Shown piece by piece: positions 14,775 to 29,567 of a stretch of 64,000 nt of DNA (position 1 is the stretch's first letter; the number at the start of each line of letters is the position of its first letter). This DNA comes from Octopus sinensis (Eukaryota). The position numbers were made by a program, and so were the translations under genes. A model generated the notes under the pieces. It was not told the DNA's origin. It worked only from the letters and a program-made list of their open reading frames with translations, and ran no database searches. The stretch is from NCBI RefSeq assembly GCF_006345805.1, contig NC_042999.1:106020001-106084000 (forward strand), given 5' to 3'.

Positions 14775-14905
14775 AAGGGTTTCCTCATAAGTTCGTTCAA
14801 CCAAATTCACTCACTCTTAAATCTTTGGTAGGGACTTGGGCTTTAGTAGAAGATAATTGCCTAATATGCCGTGGAGTGGGATTGAACCCTAAACTCGGTG
14901 GCTCT
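14775..14905 (-). mobile_element. degenerate tRNA-derived SINE running into a (CA)n/(TA)n tail
   Basis: rc ggttcaatcccactccacggcatattaggcaattatcttctactaaagccc: B-box plus a CORE-like segment. Confidence 0.6.
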
Positions 14906-15207
14906 AAAGGGAATTAATCAACCACATATATACGTATAAATAACCCTAAGTACATATACATTATTTGCAGAAATATAAAGAAGCTCACATAATCCAATGT
15001 CTGTAGGTTCTGACTATTGTGAACACTTTTAAGTAGATGTAGTATCAGAGGTGGAACGCATGTAAAAGAGAAACATAATATTGACGTGAATAATTTATAT
15101 CTCTCGATTTGCATTTTCGATATACGCCCATGAGACAAATTTCCAAAAATGGTTCATTTATATATTTCTGTTCTTCACGCTGTTGCATATAATTTTTATT
15201 CCGTCCT

Positions 15208-15243
<36 letters not shown>

Positions 15244-15245
<2 letters not shown>

Positions 15246-15602
15246 CTGGAACAAGGAAGACGTTTTTTTGTTTGTCTTCTGTCTTGGCTTGATATACGCG
15301 TTCGGCACCACAACCTCGTTTAGGCTTAGCAGCCCGTCCTGTTTGTTTTCACCGTCCTGTTTGTGTTACCTATTTTGACCCTCCGCAAAATCCCAAATTT
15401 TATTTAATTTGCTTTTCGAGGGCAACTGTTTTATCGAATGCGTATATTGTTGTTAAATGCTCGAAATACGAGACAAACAACCTACAACTAATGAAGGGTC
15501 GTTCTTAATGTTTGTTTTGTTCGATAGAATAGTTCATGTTCCATACACTCGTGCTTCGTACTTTTTTGTTGTAAACGTTTCATGACGTCCTGTGCCCACA
15601 TA
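15244..15602 (+). mobile_element. (TA)n-flanked repeat insertion, probable PLE pseudo-LTR remnant
   Basis: GC-richer block bounded by (TA)n on both sides; CTAATGAaggg near 15488 resembles a mutated CTGATGA core. Confidence 0.35.
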
Positions 15603-15604
15603 TG

Positions 15605-15640
<36 letters not shown>

Positions 15641-16689
15641 ATATATATATCTTGAAAATATCTTCACCTCATCAATATCGCTGATGTGGATTGACTTAAT
15701 CGCCGGAGGACATTAAAACTGAAAATTATTTCTACGATTTTAGATTTTGAAATTGATTCAGTACATAGTATTGAAATTTTGTTAAAGAAAATTTCAACGT
15801 ATTGCGGACAATTTATTCCAATGTAATTACAATTCTTAACTTTTTACGCCCCTTGGTCCACTACTTATCAGTTTCTACTTCCTAGGAGAAGTAGTGGCCA
15901 AAACCACTTTAAATAACATCGTTATTTTGAATGAGTGAAGTAATCTTTTTGCAATAGAATCGCATTTACACCTAACAACATGGACTGTTCTTCGATGAAT
16001 TTCGTTTACATTATATATCAGTTTGATCATCGTTGGTATAAAGATAAACAACAGCGAGAAAAGCAATTACTACAACAGTAACCAAAACAGCATAAACATC
16101 AAGAAAACTAAACAGCAATTTGCTTTGAACTTAGTCTCTGGGTTATTGGAGATTTTTGGGCGAATCTATATTAAGAGAATTGCATCTATAGTACAACGAT
16201 ATTTTATATATTTAACAGTTTTATATTTTCCTCTCTCAACTATAAACACTCATCCACTCTCATACATGTATTTTTATTTCTTGATCTCTCTCTTTCCGTT
16301 TCTCTTTTCCAGTGTCAATGTATACTTGCTCATATGAATTCGTGCATACACGTGTGAATACACATTCTTCTATATATCTTCAATATCATATATGCAGACG
16401 TAGAGTGCTTTTTGAACGTTCGCTTCTTCAAGTATACCCACGCCTCCAGCTTAAATCAATAACTGACATTCCTTCCTTTTGTTATAAATAAGAGAAATAC
16501 TTCTAATTACCAAATTCACATTATTCAGACCAAATTATAAAATATATCTTACACCACATGAAATCTTAATTGTACGTTCATGTCATACTTGATACTGATA
16601 ACAAGATCATCAACAACTATACCAATGCAAACAATATTACTGTACCTGTAAGTTAATTAAGAAACTATAATTACTCTTCAGATCATCTT

Positions 16690-17240
16690 TACTTTTAAAT
16701 CCATTCTCTTCCGGCGCTATGAAAATGCGCAAGATAACAATTCAATCAGCTACGTGAAGAGGCCAAAAATTACTGGGAGAAAGCTCACTTACACTTTAGT
16801 TATTTTACGAGAAAACAAATTCGCAAAAAAGCATCTTTGTTTGCTAAACAAAACTGGCTATCAAAGTGAGTAATTATTCCAAATCAATTTGATAATCGAT
16901 CTTCTAAATCCACCGGGAACCAGAGAAAATCGGTCATAAAGGCGACCGAAAATTATGTGAAAAACCACTGCTGCGATCACTAATCTCTCATGATTCAAGA
17001 GAGGGGATTGTTGAATATAGTCAACATAAGAACGTTTGGAAACAACAGTTCCCAACATATTTCCAACTATTCTTAACTGTTCTTGAATGACTTGGCAGAA
17101 AAAAAGCATGTGAGATTACATTGGATGTTACCGAAGATATTCCTGAAGAAATGTTTGTACTGGAAAATTAATACATTCCTTTACACAAATGGTATTACTC
17201 TTAAACACTGGGGAGCAGTGTGCAGTATACGTATTCAGGA
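16690..17240 (+). mobile_element. very degenerate mariner transposase remnant
   Basis: YTNGI/LLKHWEQCA resembles the mariner C-terminal FYxxGIxxLxxRWxKC; no TIR found. Confidence 0.35.
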
Positions 17241-20200
17241 AAATGCCAAGCGGAAGCAACCGAGGTGAAGAAGACGTCACGAAAATATGAACAACCTACA
17301 CACCATTAGTAGATGTTTAACCACGACAATAAATGTATGGTAGAGAATGTAATCACACCTCAACAATTCTATTTGAAAAATTGTCTAAAATATTTATACT
17401 ATTTAAATATTGACAGTAAAATATACAGAAAATCACTGTGAACATTATAAAGAGAAAAAAACTGAAAGAGACATAATAGTGGGATAATGGTACTGGAAGC
17501 TGACATTCTATATAAAATCATTAATGTTCATATTCACAAGAAACTTCTACCAAGTGTAAATATAACAAGCCGAATATAGATGTCGGTGATATAAAGGAAA
17601 AGTCCGTACCGTCATACAGGTCAGTTGACCTGCTAACATGGATATCTCATCGAAAATCAAATTGCTATGGAAACGTCTCCGAAATTTTAGCTATGATACG
17701 CAGATTATATATTAATAGTTATACTAATAGTAATTGTGTAGTTGAATTCGTTAGATGCTACGTGACAATTTGGAAACGATAAAGCTTTCAGTGAAGAGAA
17801 ATCAATCGCATTATAAATGCAATCTGTCAGCAGAGCAGTAAAATAATTTTTTAAATATTATGATAGTTTTTTTCTCAAGTAGCATTGATTTTGCTCACTA
17901 TATACTAACAACGGAAATTACTTTTTGTTTTGTTACAAACCAGCACCTTTCTTGTAGGAAAATCCCAAATAATTAGCAACTCAAGACGATATACCTACAG
18001 AGAGACCTGCATATACAACTACAAATGTTAGAATCCTCCTCATCAGAAAGGATTTAACTAGTTTACCTCTTCCAAATACGATTGATTAAATATACTGTGA
18101 AAAATTATGAAACAGTTCAGGAGCTCGTCGTTTGAACTTTCTGGCACACCATCACATATACACAAGGGATAGATAGGCATGCACGCAGACGAACGATAAT
18201 GAAACACATACCCATCAGTGTTCAAACATGACCGGTACGATGGATATCTAACTGCCGCACCTGCAAAAGCAAACATACTAGATCTGGTTAAAGAGGGAAA
18301 CGTAGGTGGAGACGGACGAACAGTGTGTTTAAAATGGTGTGCTTGCTCAGATTGTCGTGTGCGGAGGAAACTCCACCGAAGGAATGGTAGTCTCAGGGTT
18401 TGAAAGAAACAAATGTAGAGACAAAGAGAGATGGAATGCTGATGAAAGCGACAGTAATGTTAAAGACATTGCTGGTAGGAAGGTGAAATATAAGAAGGCG
18501 TGTAAGGAATTGTCAAAGGAAATAGTTTAGCGTTTCAAAAAGAGCATTGGCGATATATTCATCAATGCTACTACTGTTTAGCTCTAGCCAGGGACCAGTC
18601 ACCTGGAAAAAGATTGGCGATTCAACAGCCAAAATATGTTTTATCATTGTTGGGTTCCAAATATATATATATATATAATAAATTTCCCTGTATGTGTATA
18701 TGTGCATTACTACTGGAATTCCTTAGATTTTAACTGTACAAAGGATTATTTAAACTTCAGTCAAATGTTTGTTAATGTTCATTGCACGTACAATACTTAT
18801 TCGATCGGTCTATCAACATTTAGGTAAAGTAAATAATGTCTGCCGATCATTCTTCCAACGTACAAGTTTGAATCTCCAAGTGCAGTTGGACAAGGCATTC
18901 AGAGTTACCACAAATATATGCACAACACTAAATTTTGCGTTCAGTAAAATTTGGTTTATATATACAGAAAGATTTATATTTACATATACGCAAACACGTT
19001 CACGTTTGTTTGCCTATTTGTGAGTGTTTGTATGGGTGTATGTAAGTATATATATGTATTTTGGGACGTATATCTGTAAGGCTCTGTACTGACTAATGAT
19101 GACTACATTTTGGGATATTCAAGTGTGTTTTGTAATTAGGAAGGACGAATAATTCTAGCTTTTGCTGTCAGTTAATCTCCCTGCAGGGATTACTTGATAA
19201 CAGATTATTATGAACAAGTATATAGCTTTCTGTAATGTGTTATTAAATTTCTATTTTGTCACCCATCACGCTCATACGTTTATGCATACATACATATATT
19301 CATACGTACACACATACACCCATACATATCAATACATACATAGAAATTCTTTAACGTGCATGGATGCACACAAGAATACAGGCAAACACGGAGATAATGA
19401 AGAGAATTACTGAATTTAGTCACTCTTCTGGAAGTAATATTCTAAAATGTGCTTAGAATTTTAAGAGGAAATGAAAACTGAAAATTATATCAAGAATTGC
19501 AATTATATAAAATGTTAACTGAAATAAATTCAAAATGAAAATTACAGTCTCAGTGAGTTATTTAATTCTAAGCATTTAGTACTAAATGCAAATTTAGTTA
19601 ATCGAAACTGTAAGATCGTTACAATATAAATGTAATATAACTCAACATATAGACTAATGAAAGTCGGGCTTATATCATTTATAATATCAATTTTATGGTG
19701 CTTTACACTTTATGATACGAAAACTGAATACTTTCTATGAAGAATTTAAATCGAATTACAGTAATATATTACTAACCGACTGTGGTTAGAAATAAAATAT
19801 AGTGCAGACATATCACAACTAAAGTCCTTGAAAGTTTTAGATACAAAATCGTCATCAAAGGAAATTATGTGGACAGCAAAATATATCTTAATAACCCATC
19901 AATACTACTGGAATTATAGGAAAACCAGTTCGACATTTACTCAATTCTGTCAAACCATTGCCTTTGGAGAATATGTAAGAGGATTCTAGAAGGCGCATTC
20001 TAAATACAAAATGGTTAAAACTCAAGATAATAGTTTCCTAAGTTGCAAAACATTTTATATAATCGTACAAAGTTACTAGCACTATTTCTTTTATTGTTCC
20101 ACATTATAACTATAATCATACTGTATTATTTCAAAACGATATGTGAATATTTCGAACTTCATTACCTAGTTATGTTGTTCATTGTGAAAGGTCTGTGTAA

Positions 20201-20758
20201 ATTCCTTGATTATTTATTCTCGGTTATCAGGCATTCTAAGGTGCTCCTTTCAGCATTTAGATTGCAATTTGCTTAGCTAACCGAGACAGATATATATTTC
20301 CATTAGGAAAGGTTGTCATTAACTATGATGGAATAAGTAATGTCTCTTTCAGTCTTGTGATCTCTCCGATTTGTCTGCTTTGTTTTAGTGAATGTGCTGT
20401 TGACTTGGAGATTGCTGCTTTTGCTTCTGTAGATTTGGATTTTTATCTCGTATACACTGGATTAATCAAGCGTCCTGTCGAGTAGAACATACATGTGTTC
20501 AGTAATTGTAGAGAAAAATATATTGAAGCCACGGATTAGCTGTGTACACAGAGTTCTGAGGATCACATTTCTTATCTGTGTGTCATTCCCACTGAATACG
20601 CATTTATCGTTGCAACTGTCACTGCAGGTTATATTCTCATGACTTACAAAGTACCTGTGTCATTCGACACCTATTATTAGACTATTGATCATGTCTATTA
20701 CAGTTGCAAATGTCGTTTGTAGTTTTTAATCGAATTGAAATCAAACAGGAACATTTAC

Positions 20759-20892
20759 CGTGCCCAGAATTCATCTCATATGCTTGGGATGGAGATAGCT
20801 TTGCTTCATACCATTTATTAGGTGTAAATGTTTGCAGTATCCATAACGTAGATTTATTTCTCTGGCCAACAACGCACCAGTAAGGTTTCTTT
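20759..20892 (-). CDS. candidate 134-nt exon (KKPYWCVVGQRNKSTLWILQTFTPNKWYEAKLSPSQAYEMNSGH)
   Basis: acceptor atgtcttttag, donor ACG|gtaaat; 44 open codons; phases fit flanking candidates. Confidence 0.5.
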
Positions 20893-21028
20893 CTAAAAGA
20901 CATGTTACTGTAAGCATTACTTGTATCACAGAGATACACTTTCAGTGAAACATATTCCTTTTAATTTCAAGTTTCTAGGCCTAAACAAAAACAAACTATA
21001 TGCAATGCATATAATAGTTTCTTCCTAC

Positions 21029-21057
21029 TTGCAAATGCATTGGATTCTGCCGTTCAC
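21029..21057 (-). CDS. candidate 29-nt micro-exon (VNGRIQCIC)
   Basis: acceptor ctctgccccctacag, donor CAA|gtagga; 136-nt intron to the next exon, in frame. Confidence 0.5.
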
Positions 21058-21319
21058 CTGTAGGGGGCAGAGTTGATAATTTTCTTCTAATTCTGCCAGA
21101 TGGAAAATAGATTCGTTTTTGTTATTTCTTTTTGTGTGTAAATGTGTTGTATCGTGCATGTGTGTGTGTGTATGTGTGTGTGTGTGTGTGCGTGCGCGTG
21201 TGTATATGTGTATGTACGCACGTGTGTGTGTTTGAGAGAGAGAGATTGAAATGACACTGTATTTTACAAATATATATTGCCTTTCAAACTAAAAAAGTTC
21301 AGTTCCAATACCGAAAGCA

Positions 21320-21357
<38 letters not shown>

Positions 21358-21671
21358 ACTACTACTACTACTACAACTGAAATATATGTGTGTGTGTCTG
21401 TATGTGTCTGTGTGTGTGTGTGTGTGTGCGTGTGCCTGTGTGTGCGTGCCTGTATGTGAATGTGTATTATATAGGTAGCCCCAGTAGCCAATATATCAGC
21501 AGAAACAACTTATTACTGGGGTTATTATGACCAGGTCCTCAAATCCGCACATCCAAGTGCGCATATACGTTTATGAACACACATCTAAAAATAAAAATTA
21601 ACTCATACACATATAAATACAACGGACAGAATTATCCTCTTTAATGACAGACTCTGCAATATAATTAAAAA

Positions 21672-21745
<74 letters not shown>

Positions 21746-21879
21746 TATATATAACATGACATAGCGTCACACGTCTGTTTGTCTTGAAGCTATTAATATT
21801 GAATACTGATTAGTAGAGAACGTACCACATATGCAGGACATACACGGGATAGAACTCGTATAATATATTGAGTTTAAAT

Positions 21880-22090
21880 TTTGGCACAGTGCCATTAATT
21901 TGAGATGAGTCGACTATATCGACTCCATTTTCCAGAAGCTATTTATGTTATCGAAGGATACTTATTTTATACGAAGGATGAAACGCAAGATCAACCTCGG
22001 CCGAATTTCAATTCAGATCATGAAGATAGACGAAATATCGGTAAATCATTTTGTCCGCAGTGGTAACGATTCTGCAAGCTCGCCACTTTA
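21880..22090 (-). mobile_element. degenerate SINE (family of 55434-55668)
   Basis: rc ggcgagcttgcagaatcgttacc...gaaattcggccgaggttgatcttgcgtttcatcc. Confidence 0.75.
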
Positions 22091-23109
22091 ATTTGTATAA
22101 TATATTAGAATAAAATATATGCTTCTAGCAGAAATCCTTTTATATATGATTTTGTGAATTTTATTAATTTTTTATTTGATTTTACGCTTTTCAGACTGCC
22201 AAAAGATATCAAATGAACATTCATATTACGTTTGTGCTGCCGCATTACTCTAATGATTTCTCAGAAAATGTTATTAAATATGCTTTCAAATTTTATTCCA
22301 AAGAAAACAATTTCACTAACAAAAGCATAGTTTTTATTGTATTGCAAACCACTGCTAAATAATTCATTTTTCTGTTTTATTTAGATATGCAAGTTTATTA
22401 AGAATTCTTGAAATATAGCCATTTCGTCTAAAGACATGTATATTCAGTTCAAAACTTAAAGCCAATTTGCTTTTAACTAAAAAATAATTTCTCATGTAGA
22501 TTTATAGATCGATCTTAGCGATTGTATGATATTTTATAAATAGCGAATTTTCTTCCCAATAATATCTACCGATTTAAATATATGATAGGGCGATTTTTCG
22601 ATGCAAGATTTTGTGAGAAAGGAATGCCATGTTAGGCATATTTCAGAGAAAGAAGACTTAATGCTTCCAACCGGAATTTTCATGGGAATGTAATGAAAGA
22701 CGCAATAATCAAAGATATTTATGTTGTAATTAACTAACAATTGGAAGACTGTTGTTAATATTCAGTTTCAATTTCTCTACTTAATCACAGTGGATAATGT
22801 TTTAGTAATGATATTTCGTGTGTAACATTAGAATGTGTCAGAATGTGACTGCTAAATAGTCATTAAAAAGACATTACACAAACTGTTCGGGCTAACTCTG
22901 GCAGATTGCATAAAAAGAAAAGAAGATACAATATCCCAATTAAAAATTCAGGTACTTTTAAATATTATATATATATATATGTACCAGATTAAGAGAGGAA
23001 CATAACAGTTGACAATAAGTATCCGCCCTCAGCTTCCACCACAGCTTCATGCAGGAACATGGGACATGCATTTTTCATTGTGTGCAAAGTTATGAGTTTA
23101 CTGATGATA

Positions 23110-23988
23110 AGAGGTGGAATCAAAAAGTTACCAGACTAGTTCTGTAATCCGCCAACAAATCGCAGCATACGGTTGCATGCTCAATCAGAGCTAACAGCGA
23201 CCCTTATGAGGCAGTGTGCCGAGTGACATTGCTGTGTGTACATCACAAGTTGTGAAATTTGTGTTTTTGTGATCACGTGTATGCTGCAGTCTACAATTTT
23301 TGAAATGGGCAGGAAGTTGAAACAAACAGCCAACGTGAATTTTTACGTTAAACTTGGAAATCCACTACAGTGACATTGAGCATGCTTCGGCAAGCTTAAA
23401 GCGACAAAGAACAGGTTGCACGGCATGAGAACGTCACTGGAAGACGATGAGCGATCTGGAAGATCAGCTACGAGCGTCACCATGAGAAATATGATATTGA
23501 GCATCGCGGATTTGTTTACCAGGGCCTGACAGTTAATTGAGAGGAGAGTCCTACCGCGAAGTTTTGAAGCTTTTGAAGGGAGACATTCGATGAAAGCTAC
23601 GACATCTGTGGAACGCGAAGAATCGGATTCTTCACCGAGCTTTACCCACTCATGAGTTTCTCGCCAAAAACAACATAGTATTGCTTCCACATCTGCCATA
23701 TTCGCCAGCTTTAGCATCTACGGACTTCCATCGTTTTCCCCTAGATGAAGATGTAACTTAAAGAGTGCCGTTATAACACCGTTATCGAGATTAAGAGCTA
23801 ATTGCAAATAATCTTAGATTTGCCTGCAGAAAACAACTTCCAGCCGGATTGCAAAAGTGCTGGAGCGCTGGGACAGATGCATTGTTGTGCGAAAGTGACT
23901 ATTTCAAAGGTGATTTTGGTCAAACTTAGGAAAATAAGTTACTTCTTATCAAACATAACTATTCCGGGAAGTTGTTGATGGCACCTCG
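23110..23988 (+). mobile_element. internally deleted mariner transposon
   Basis: TA-flanked TIRs agaggtggaatcaaaaagtt / aagttgttgatggcacctcg; remnants FYVKLGKS, SLEDDERSGRS and HLPYSPALASTDF. Confidence 0.88.
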
Positions 23989-24635
23989 TATATTATGTTA
24001 AAGATATTTAAAATGATATAATCATCCATGTTTTTATCTGGTTGATGACCGGATATTTTATTTTCGAAAACGAAACCAACTTCCATAAGTCTACCAGTTA
24101 AACTAATGCGCTGCTGCTTGACAATCCAATATCTGGTAATCATATATATAGAATATCCAGTGCATTACCCAAGGCTTTTTCCTGAAATCTCTGAAATGTC
24201 GTCGTGTCTCCCCATGTACGCCTCTGGAATCCACAGTTCCTATGGCGTTTTCGTAATATCCTCGTACATGAAGGAAATAGTTGCAATGTGTTAAGGATCA
24301 ATAATGAAACCGGCTGTGAACCACTGTTCATTAAAACATTAAGTTCAGCATTTTTCGCAGCATTTCATATTTTGTATCTGTGTCAACTCTTTCCCGGAAA
24401 ATGCAAGCTTTTGTTAAAGCACCTTATTCGACTCATACCGAAAAAAATACACGTTTAATTTGTGTGATGTGATATATCTGTGCAGATTTGTTCAGAGTTA
24501 AGTGATATAAAAGAGGATGCTTTAAATTGCTTTTCCTTTTGTATGCATCCTAAACGCTGAAATGGAAGATGTGGGCTGTCTGTAGTGTGACATCAAACAC
24601 TACTTTGTGTTATTTGGAGTGAAAACGTTTCTTAC

Positions 24636-24664
24636 ATATGGCAGCTGCTTTTTTCGTAGCGAAG
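24636..24664 (-). CDS. candidate 29-nt micro-exon
   Basis: tttgattatcag|...TAT|gtaaga; open in all three frames. Confidence 0.3.
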
Positions 24665-24781
24665 CTGATAATCAAATTTTTCATTTCACATTAAAATTCA
24701 TCCAAGTTTAATGCCATGCAGTGATATATTAATCACTAGCTACATTGCTTGTAATTAAATTTGCAATGAATAAAGTTACAG

Positions 24782-24832
<51 letters not shown>

Positions 24833-25559
24833 CGCACACATGCATACTCCGATACACACACATACACAGACATACAGATATCTTCCTCTCAGAAATGTAC
24901 TCATGAAATATCGCCTAATTTATCGTACATGCATTATTCATAAAGCAACCAGGAGATCATTACAGTTGGAACATTTCTATTTGACCAATGAAATCATGGG
25001 TAACCCGGATGCATATTTCAAATATAAGTGTGTTTGAATTTATACACACAGAGGCATCAGTATGCATCTATATATTCATATATATATATGTATATACGAG
25101 TGTCTCTGAGTGCACATATACATGCAAACATTCCAGCGTATATTGTTGGATTACGATTTCGCATTTTGATTTAAAACTGTAATATTTTAAGCCAATGCAA
25201 CTAGAAGGAACTACTGTAAAAATATCCAAGAAACTACGAAGCATCAGAGCAGTTGTCAATATTATTTGCTCCAGCTGGCTCCTTTGAATACCTATACCCA
25301 CTCGCATTTCAGCTAACAACAGAGTAGATACATCTTATATCACATCCAATCGTCAATTCCTTTTCCTACTTAATACCCCAGGAATCTAATCTCATATATT
25401 ACCTAGCGACCAATCACCACTCTGAATCCTTTTTAACATGTGCATTATAGAAATAAAAATGAAACATTGTGCGCACAAAGGGTTACGCAACGCTTCGCGC
25501 AAAACCTTCTTTTGAATGCATCAAATCTGGTAAATGTATTCAAGAATATTTCGCTAGGT

Positions 25560-25840
25560 AACCCACACACCAAGCGTATCAATGAATTCAAAGCCTACTT
25601 TATTACTGGTGGAAGGTGTGAGAGTATCATCATTCTCACCTCACTACGGTTGATAAGATGCAGAGAGATAATTATCCTGACATAAAGGAGAGGAGATATA
25701 AGCAGTTTAAATATACAAGTCTTCGATATCCAAGAGGCTTAAAAAGTATCAGCAGAAAGGCACCTCGCAGTTATGACCTGGATGCGGGTTGGCCTCTGAA
25801 AATGTAAGAAGTTAAGGGCTGAAACACTTGCCTTGGTGGG
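25560..25840 (-). mobile_element. possible LINE (L2/Jockey-like) 3' remnant
   Basis: rc segment reads PLGYRRLV, like LxPLxHRRxV in LINE RT C-terminal regions; highly decayed. Confidence 0.3.
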
Positions 25841-26139
25841 GTTTGTATTTTTCCACTAGATATCGCTATGCAGAGAAATGAATAGATGTTTATCGGGAAA
25901 AGAAAGCTGTATGGGGAAGGACTGAGAAATAAATTGTAAAAAAATATCGGAGAAGATACAAGTAATTAAAAGTAAATAACTAAGAAGCAATAGATAAATA
26001 ACAGCAAATTAAATGAAATACGAAATGTTATTTGAACACTTGCATATTGATCGACAGTAAGGCAGGAGTTTATCATACAGTATTTTGCAAACGTTGTTTA
26101 TGTGAATTATTTAGTCTGAGATAAGTGACCCACAATTAG

Positions 26140-26900
26140 CCTCGTAGTGTTGAAGCGGAAGTATATTTGTGGATTAGGAATGATGCTAGCGTGGGAGGCA
26201 TGATGATAACTAGCACTTGATTAACAATGTTGAAACTATCTACTACCGCTGACATCAGCGACGGGCTCTTTGTAAACACATTATCTTTCTGGCACAGATT
26301 GGATATTAATTTAGAATTATGCAACAAGCTTGACGTATAACAAAAAAGAAATGAAGTAATCTAGCCTATAAATCAAAACTAATGAGATCACTGTTGCTAG
26401 ATCTTTCAATCACCAAACAATATTTTGGCTCACTTTTCATAAAGCAATTTTTTTATCGGAGAAAGACCAGCGTATTCCATCCTCTTAGTGATTTAGCTTG
26501 TTTAGTAAATGTTTTGCACAGATCGATCAATTCTCTTGTTACATCAGACATTAACTGACCCCTCCGCATCACACACGATTTGTGCCGAATGTTTTTTTAT
26601 GCACAACTCCTCTGATGGTGTATTCTGAAAACCTAAACATCGATTGCAATGGCACTTTTGACTTTCCTGAGGTTTTACCGATTATTTCTAGGACATTTTA
26701 CACCAAGTCATGTTTTCTTATGGCATTAGATCCCTGTGCATGACATGTATTTATATCTAACTGCTGGTGTTGGATGCACGTCATCAGCTTCTCTTGAACT
26801 TTGACAACGAAGGATCGGAAAACTTTCCGGTAGCGAGCTATTTCTGTTTCACTATACTACTTTTAAGACAACGATTATAACGCGCTTTTTCATTTGATGT
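26140..26900 (-). mobile_element. decayed Tc1/mariner-superfamily (maT/DD37D-like) transposase remnant
   Basis: rc remnants SEYTIRGVVH, IRHKSCVMRRGQLMSD, AKHLLNKLNH and FSDKKI (first catalytic D region). Confidence 0.6.
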
Positions 26901-27064
26901 GTCAAATTGACGCTGACGCTATATATCTAAAAAGTAAGTTGGAAAAATATGGAAGGAAGGCAGAGCTTTTGAAAGCAGCGTCCTCAGAAACCTAACGCAG
27001 CTTGTATGTCGTATTCACAGATCCATATACTTAACTGGGAACCAGGTTACAATTTTTGATATTG

Positions 27065-27280
27065 GTATCAAATTTTGGCACAAGACCAGCAATTAGGTAG
27101 AAGTGTGTAAGCCGATTATATCGACACCATTATTCAAATGGAACTTATTTTATCGACACCCAAAGGAGAAATTGCAAAATTGACCTCAGCGGAATTTGAA
27201 CACAGGACGTAGAGATGGGCGAAGTGCCTCTAAGCATTTTGCTAGACATGCTAATTATTCTAGCAATTCGCAGCTTTAAT
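27065..27280 (-). mobile_element. degenerate SINE (family of 55434-55668)
   Basis: rc gttcaaattccgctgaggtcaattttgcaatttctcctttgggtgtcgataaaataagttcca. Confidence 0.75.
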
Positions 27281-28999
27281 TACTGTTTTTAATATTAAAG
27301 TATTACCCTAAGGCAGATATAATATCAAATTAGATCATTTCGGCGTCAATAAAATAGGTACCATTTGAAGACTGGGATCGATACATAAATTGAGATGTTC
27401 TATAGTTTCGGCAATTTTGCTTAGACACGCTCTAGGTACATTGTTTACTGTCCACGCTTTGTATTATTGGAATATAATATATCATCTGATAAAATCATTT
27501 ACTACACATTAGGGTTTGAAACAGCTTTAGTTTTATTTTAGTATTCTTTTAAGAAGTTGACCTAAAGAATTCCGTGATAGTTTCTGTAATGGATCATCAT
27601 TAATGCATTGACGTTGCCATCTCTCAACCATATGAATGTGTATCTATATACATGCATACAAGCACACACATACATATATCTACATGTAGATATATGCATG
27701 TGTTAGAAGGAGATCGAATGCTGTTTCAATATAGATATACACACTTACACAAACATATACCTATAAAAGTGCGCAGTATCCTGTGGTCAGTGGACGTTGC
27801 CACTGATTTAGGAATATAGTGAGATTTCGAATAGCCTATTGAATAACTGTCCGTCGAGGCTCATTGTGAAACATTATGTTTCAGATTATGCACTTCGTAC
27901 TCGCATAACTGCATGGGAAGAATGTCTCAATAACACCATGGAGGATAAATAGAGCAAAACATACATGCGTTCGGATACTTGTAAATTTGAAAGTGGGTAT
28001 CTAGTATCACTTTCCCTTAGATATTTTGTCGCATTTGGAAGATAATATTTTACAATGCAATATTAAGTGATAGATAAAAGAAACCGTTTTAAACAAATAT
28101 AAAAAAATATGTACAAAATTTTCTGGTGTGTGAAGCAGAATGTTGATTACCACAAATATTTCAATTAGAAGTTGCCATAGACCATTATTACGATACAGTT
28201 ACGTGATGGTAGATGTTTCTAAACAATCTATGTTATGCAACTGTATCTATGTAGGAAAGCTAATCTACAAATGGGAGATAAATTTGTTAAATATGTGGTC
28301 AAGATAAATGTAAGAGAACTGTTACAAAGTGCTTCCTTAAATGTAAACAAAAAAGATCCTCATGGGTGTCTGTATGTTTGTGTATGCGTGTATGTATATG
28401 AGTATGCTCAAATATATGTGTGTGCGTGCGTGTGTGTAATTATATGGTATCAAGTACAGGGGTAAATGTATATGTGTATATGCTTGCAACAGAAACATAT
28501 GTGAACCTTTATAGAGTTAAAATACCCTAAGTTTTCAGTTTCCGTCTTTCTCAAAATCAGTGAGAAATATTATTGATTCTCAAGTAGAACTTAAAACTAT
28601 CCACGCATATTATACTTCTGAAAATGTAAACTGCTGCACTTGTTATTGTTACTAAATATTTGAGATGCAGTCAAAACAAGATGGAGGAGACATTTGGCAT
28701 ATTTGAAAGCCCAATACAAATTCTTATACTGCATTTAAGACTCCAACTGGTTATACAATACACTTTTTGCGTTCTCTATTGTGGCTAAGGGTCATATCTT
28801 TATTACAAAGTGTCACTTTCAACAATGAGACGTAAAGAATAGAAAATAATCACACACTCAGACATACAAATAGGGTTAGCTTTATATGTGTGTGTGTCTG
28901 TGTGCGTGCACGTGTGTGAGTGTCAATGTCTATACTATATATATATATGTATATCTACTTATGTATATATATACGTTAATACACCTTTATATATATATA

Positions 29000-29043
<44 letters not shown>

Positions 29044-29567
29044 TATATATATACATATATAACAGTCAGGCAGTCAATATACAATCAATAAAATATCTAA
29101 ATTTGATATTAACTTGTCACCAAACAAAGATATTTTGTTTTCTACCTATTATTTTCCCATCTTAATATATCATTCGGTGAGATATTATTCTTTGTTTCGG
29201 AACTTTTCAATTTTTATTGCAAATCTAACTGTCCTTGTGTCACATTTATCATCTATTCAATATAAAAACTGCTTTACCATAAAACACTAATAGTCTCTAT
29301 CAATTGGTATCAATTTACGTGATTTAAAGTATTTATAAGTATTTTGCGGAGCGAAGTATAAATCGCTCTGTTTGTGTGTATGTCCAAGTCTATATAATGT
29401 ACGTGTGTTTGTGAAGCCTATCGGTTCGATTGTATAGAAGCCATTACATAAATATATATATACATATCAATACAGTATTTTAGTAAGCACTTACATCGTT
29501 CGTGTCTCTTACACACTTTGGACATTGTTTAAAAACATGGAATATTATTTAAATATTTAAATCTTAC

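Noticed and set aside
18060-18530. Possible RTE-like LINE 3' remnant
   Set aside because: Only vague similarity to the GxRxRGRP..W motif; cannot be supported
24050-24460. Overlapping short ORFs, possible pogo-like remnant or exon
   Set aside because: No recognisable motif, TIR or clean splice pair
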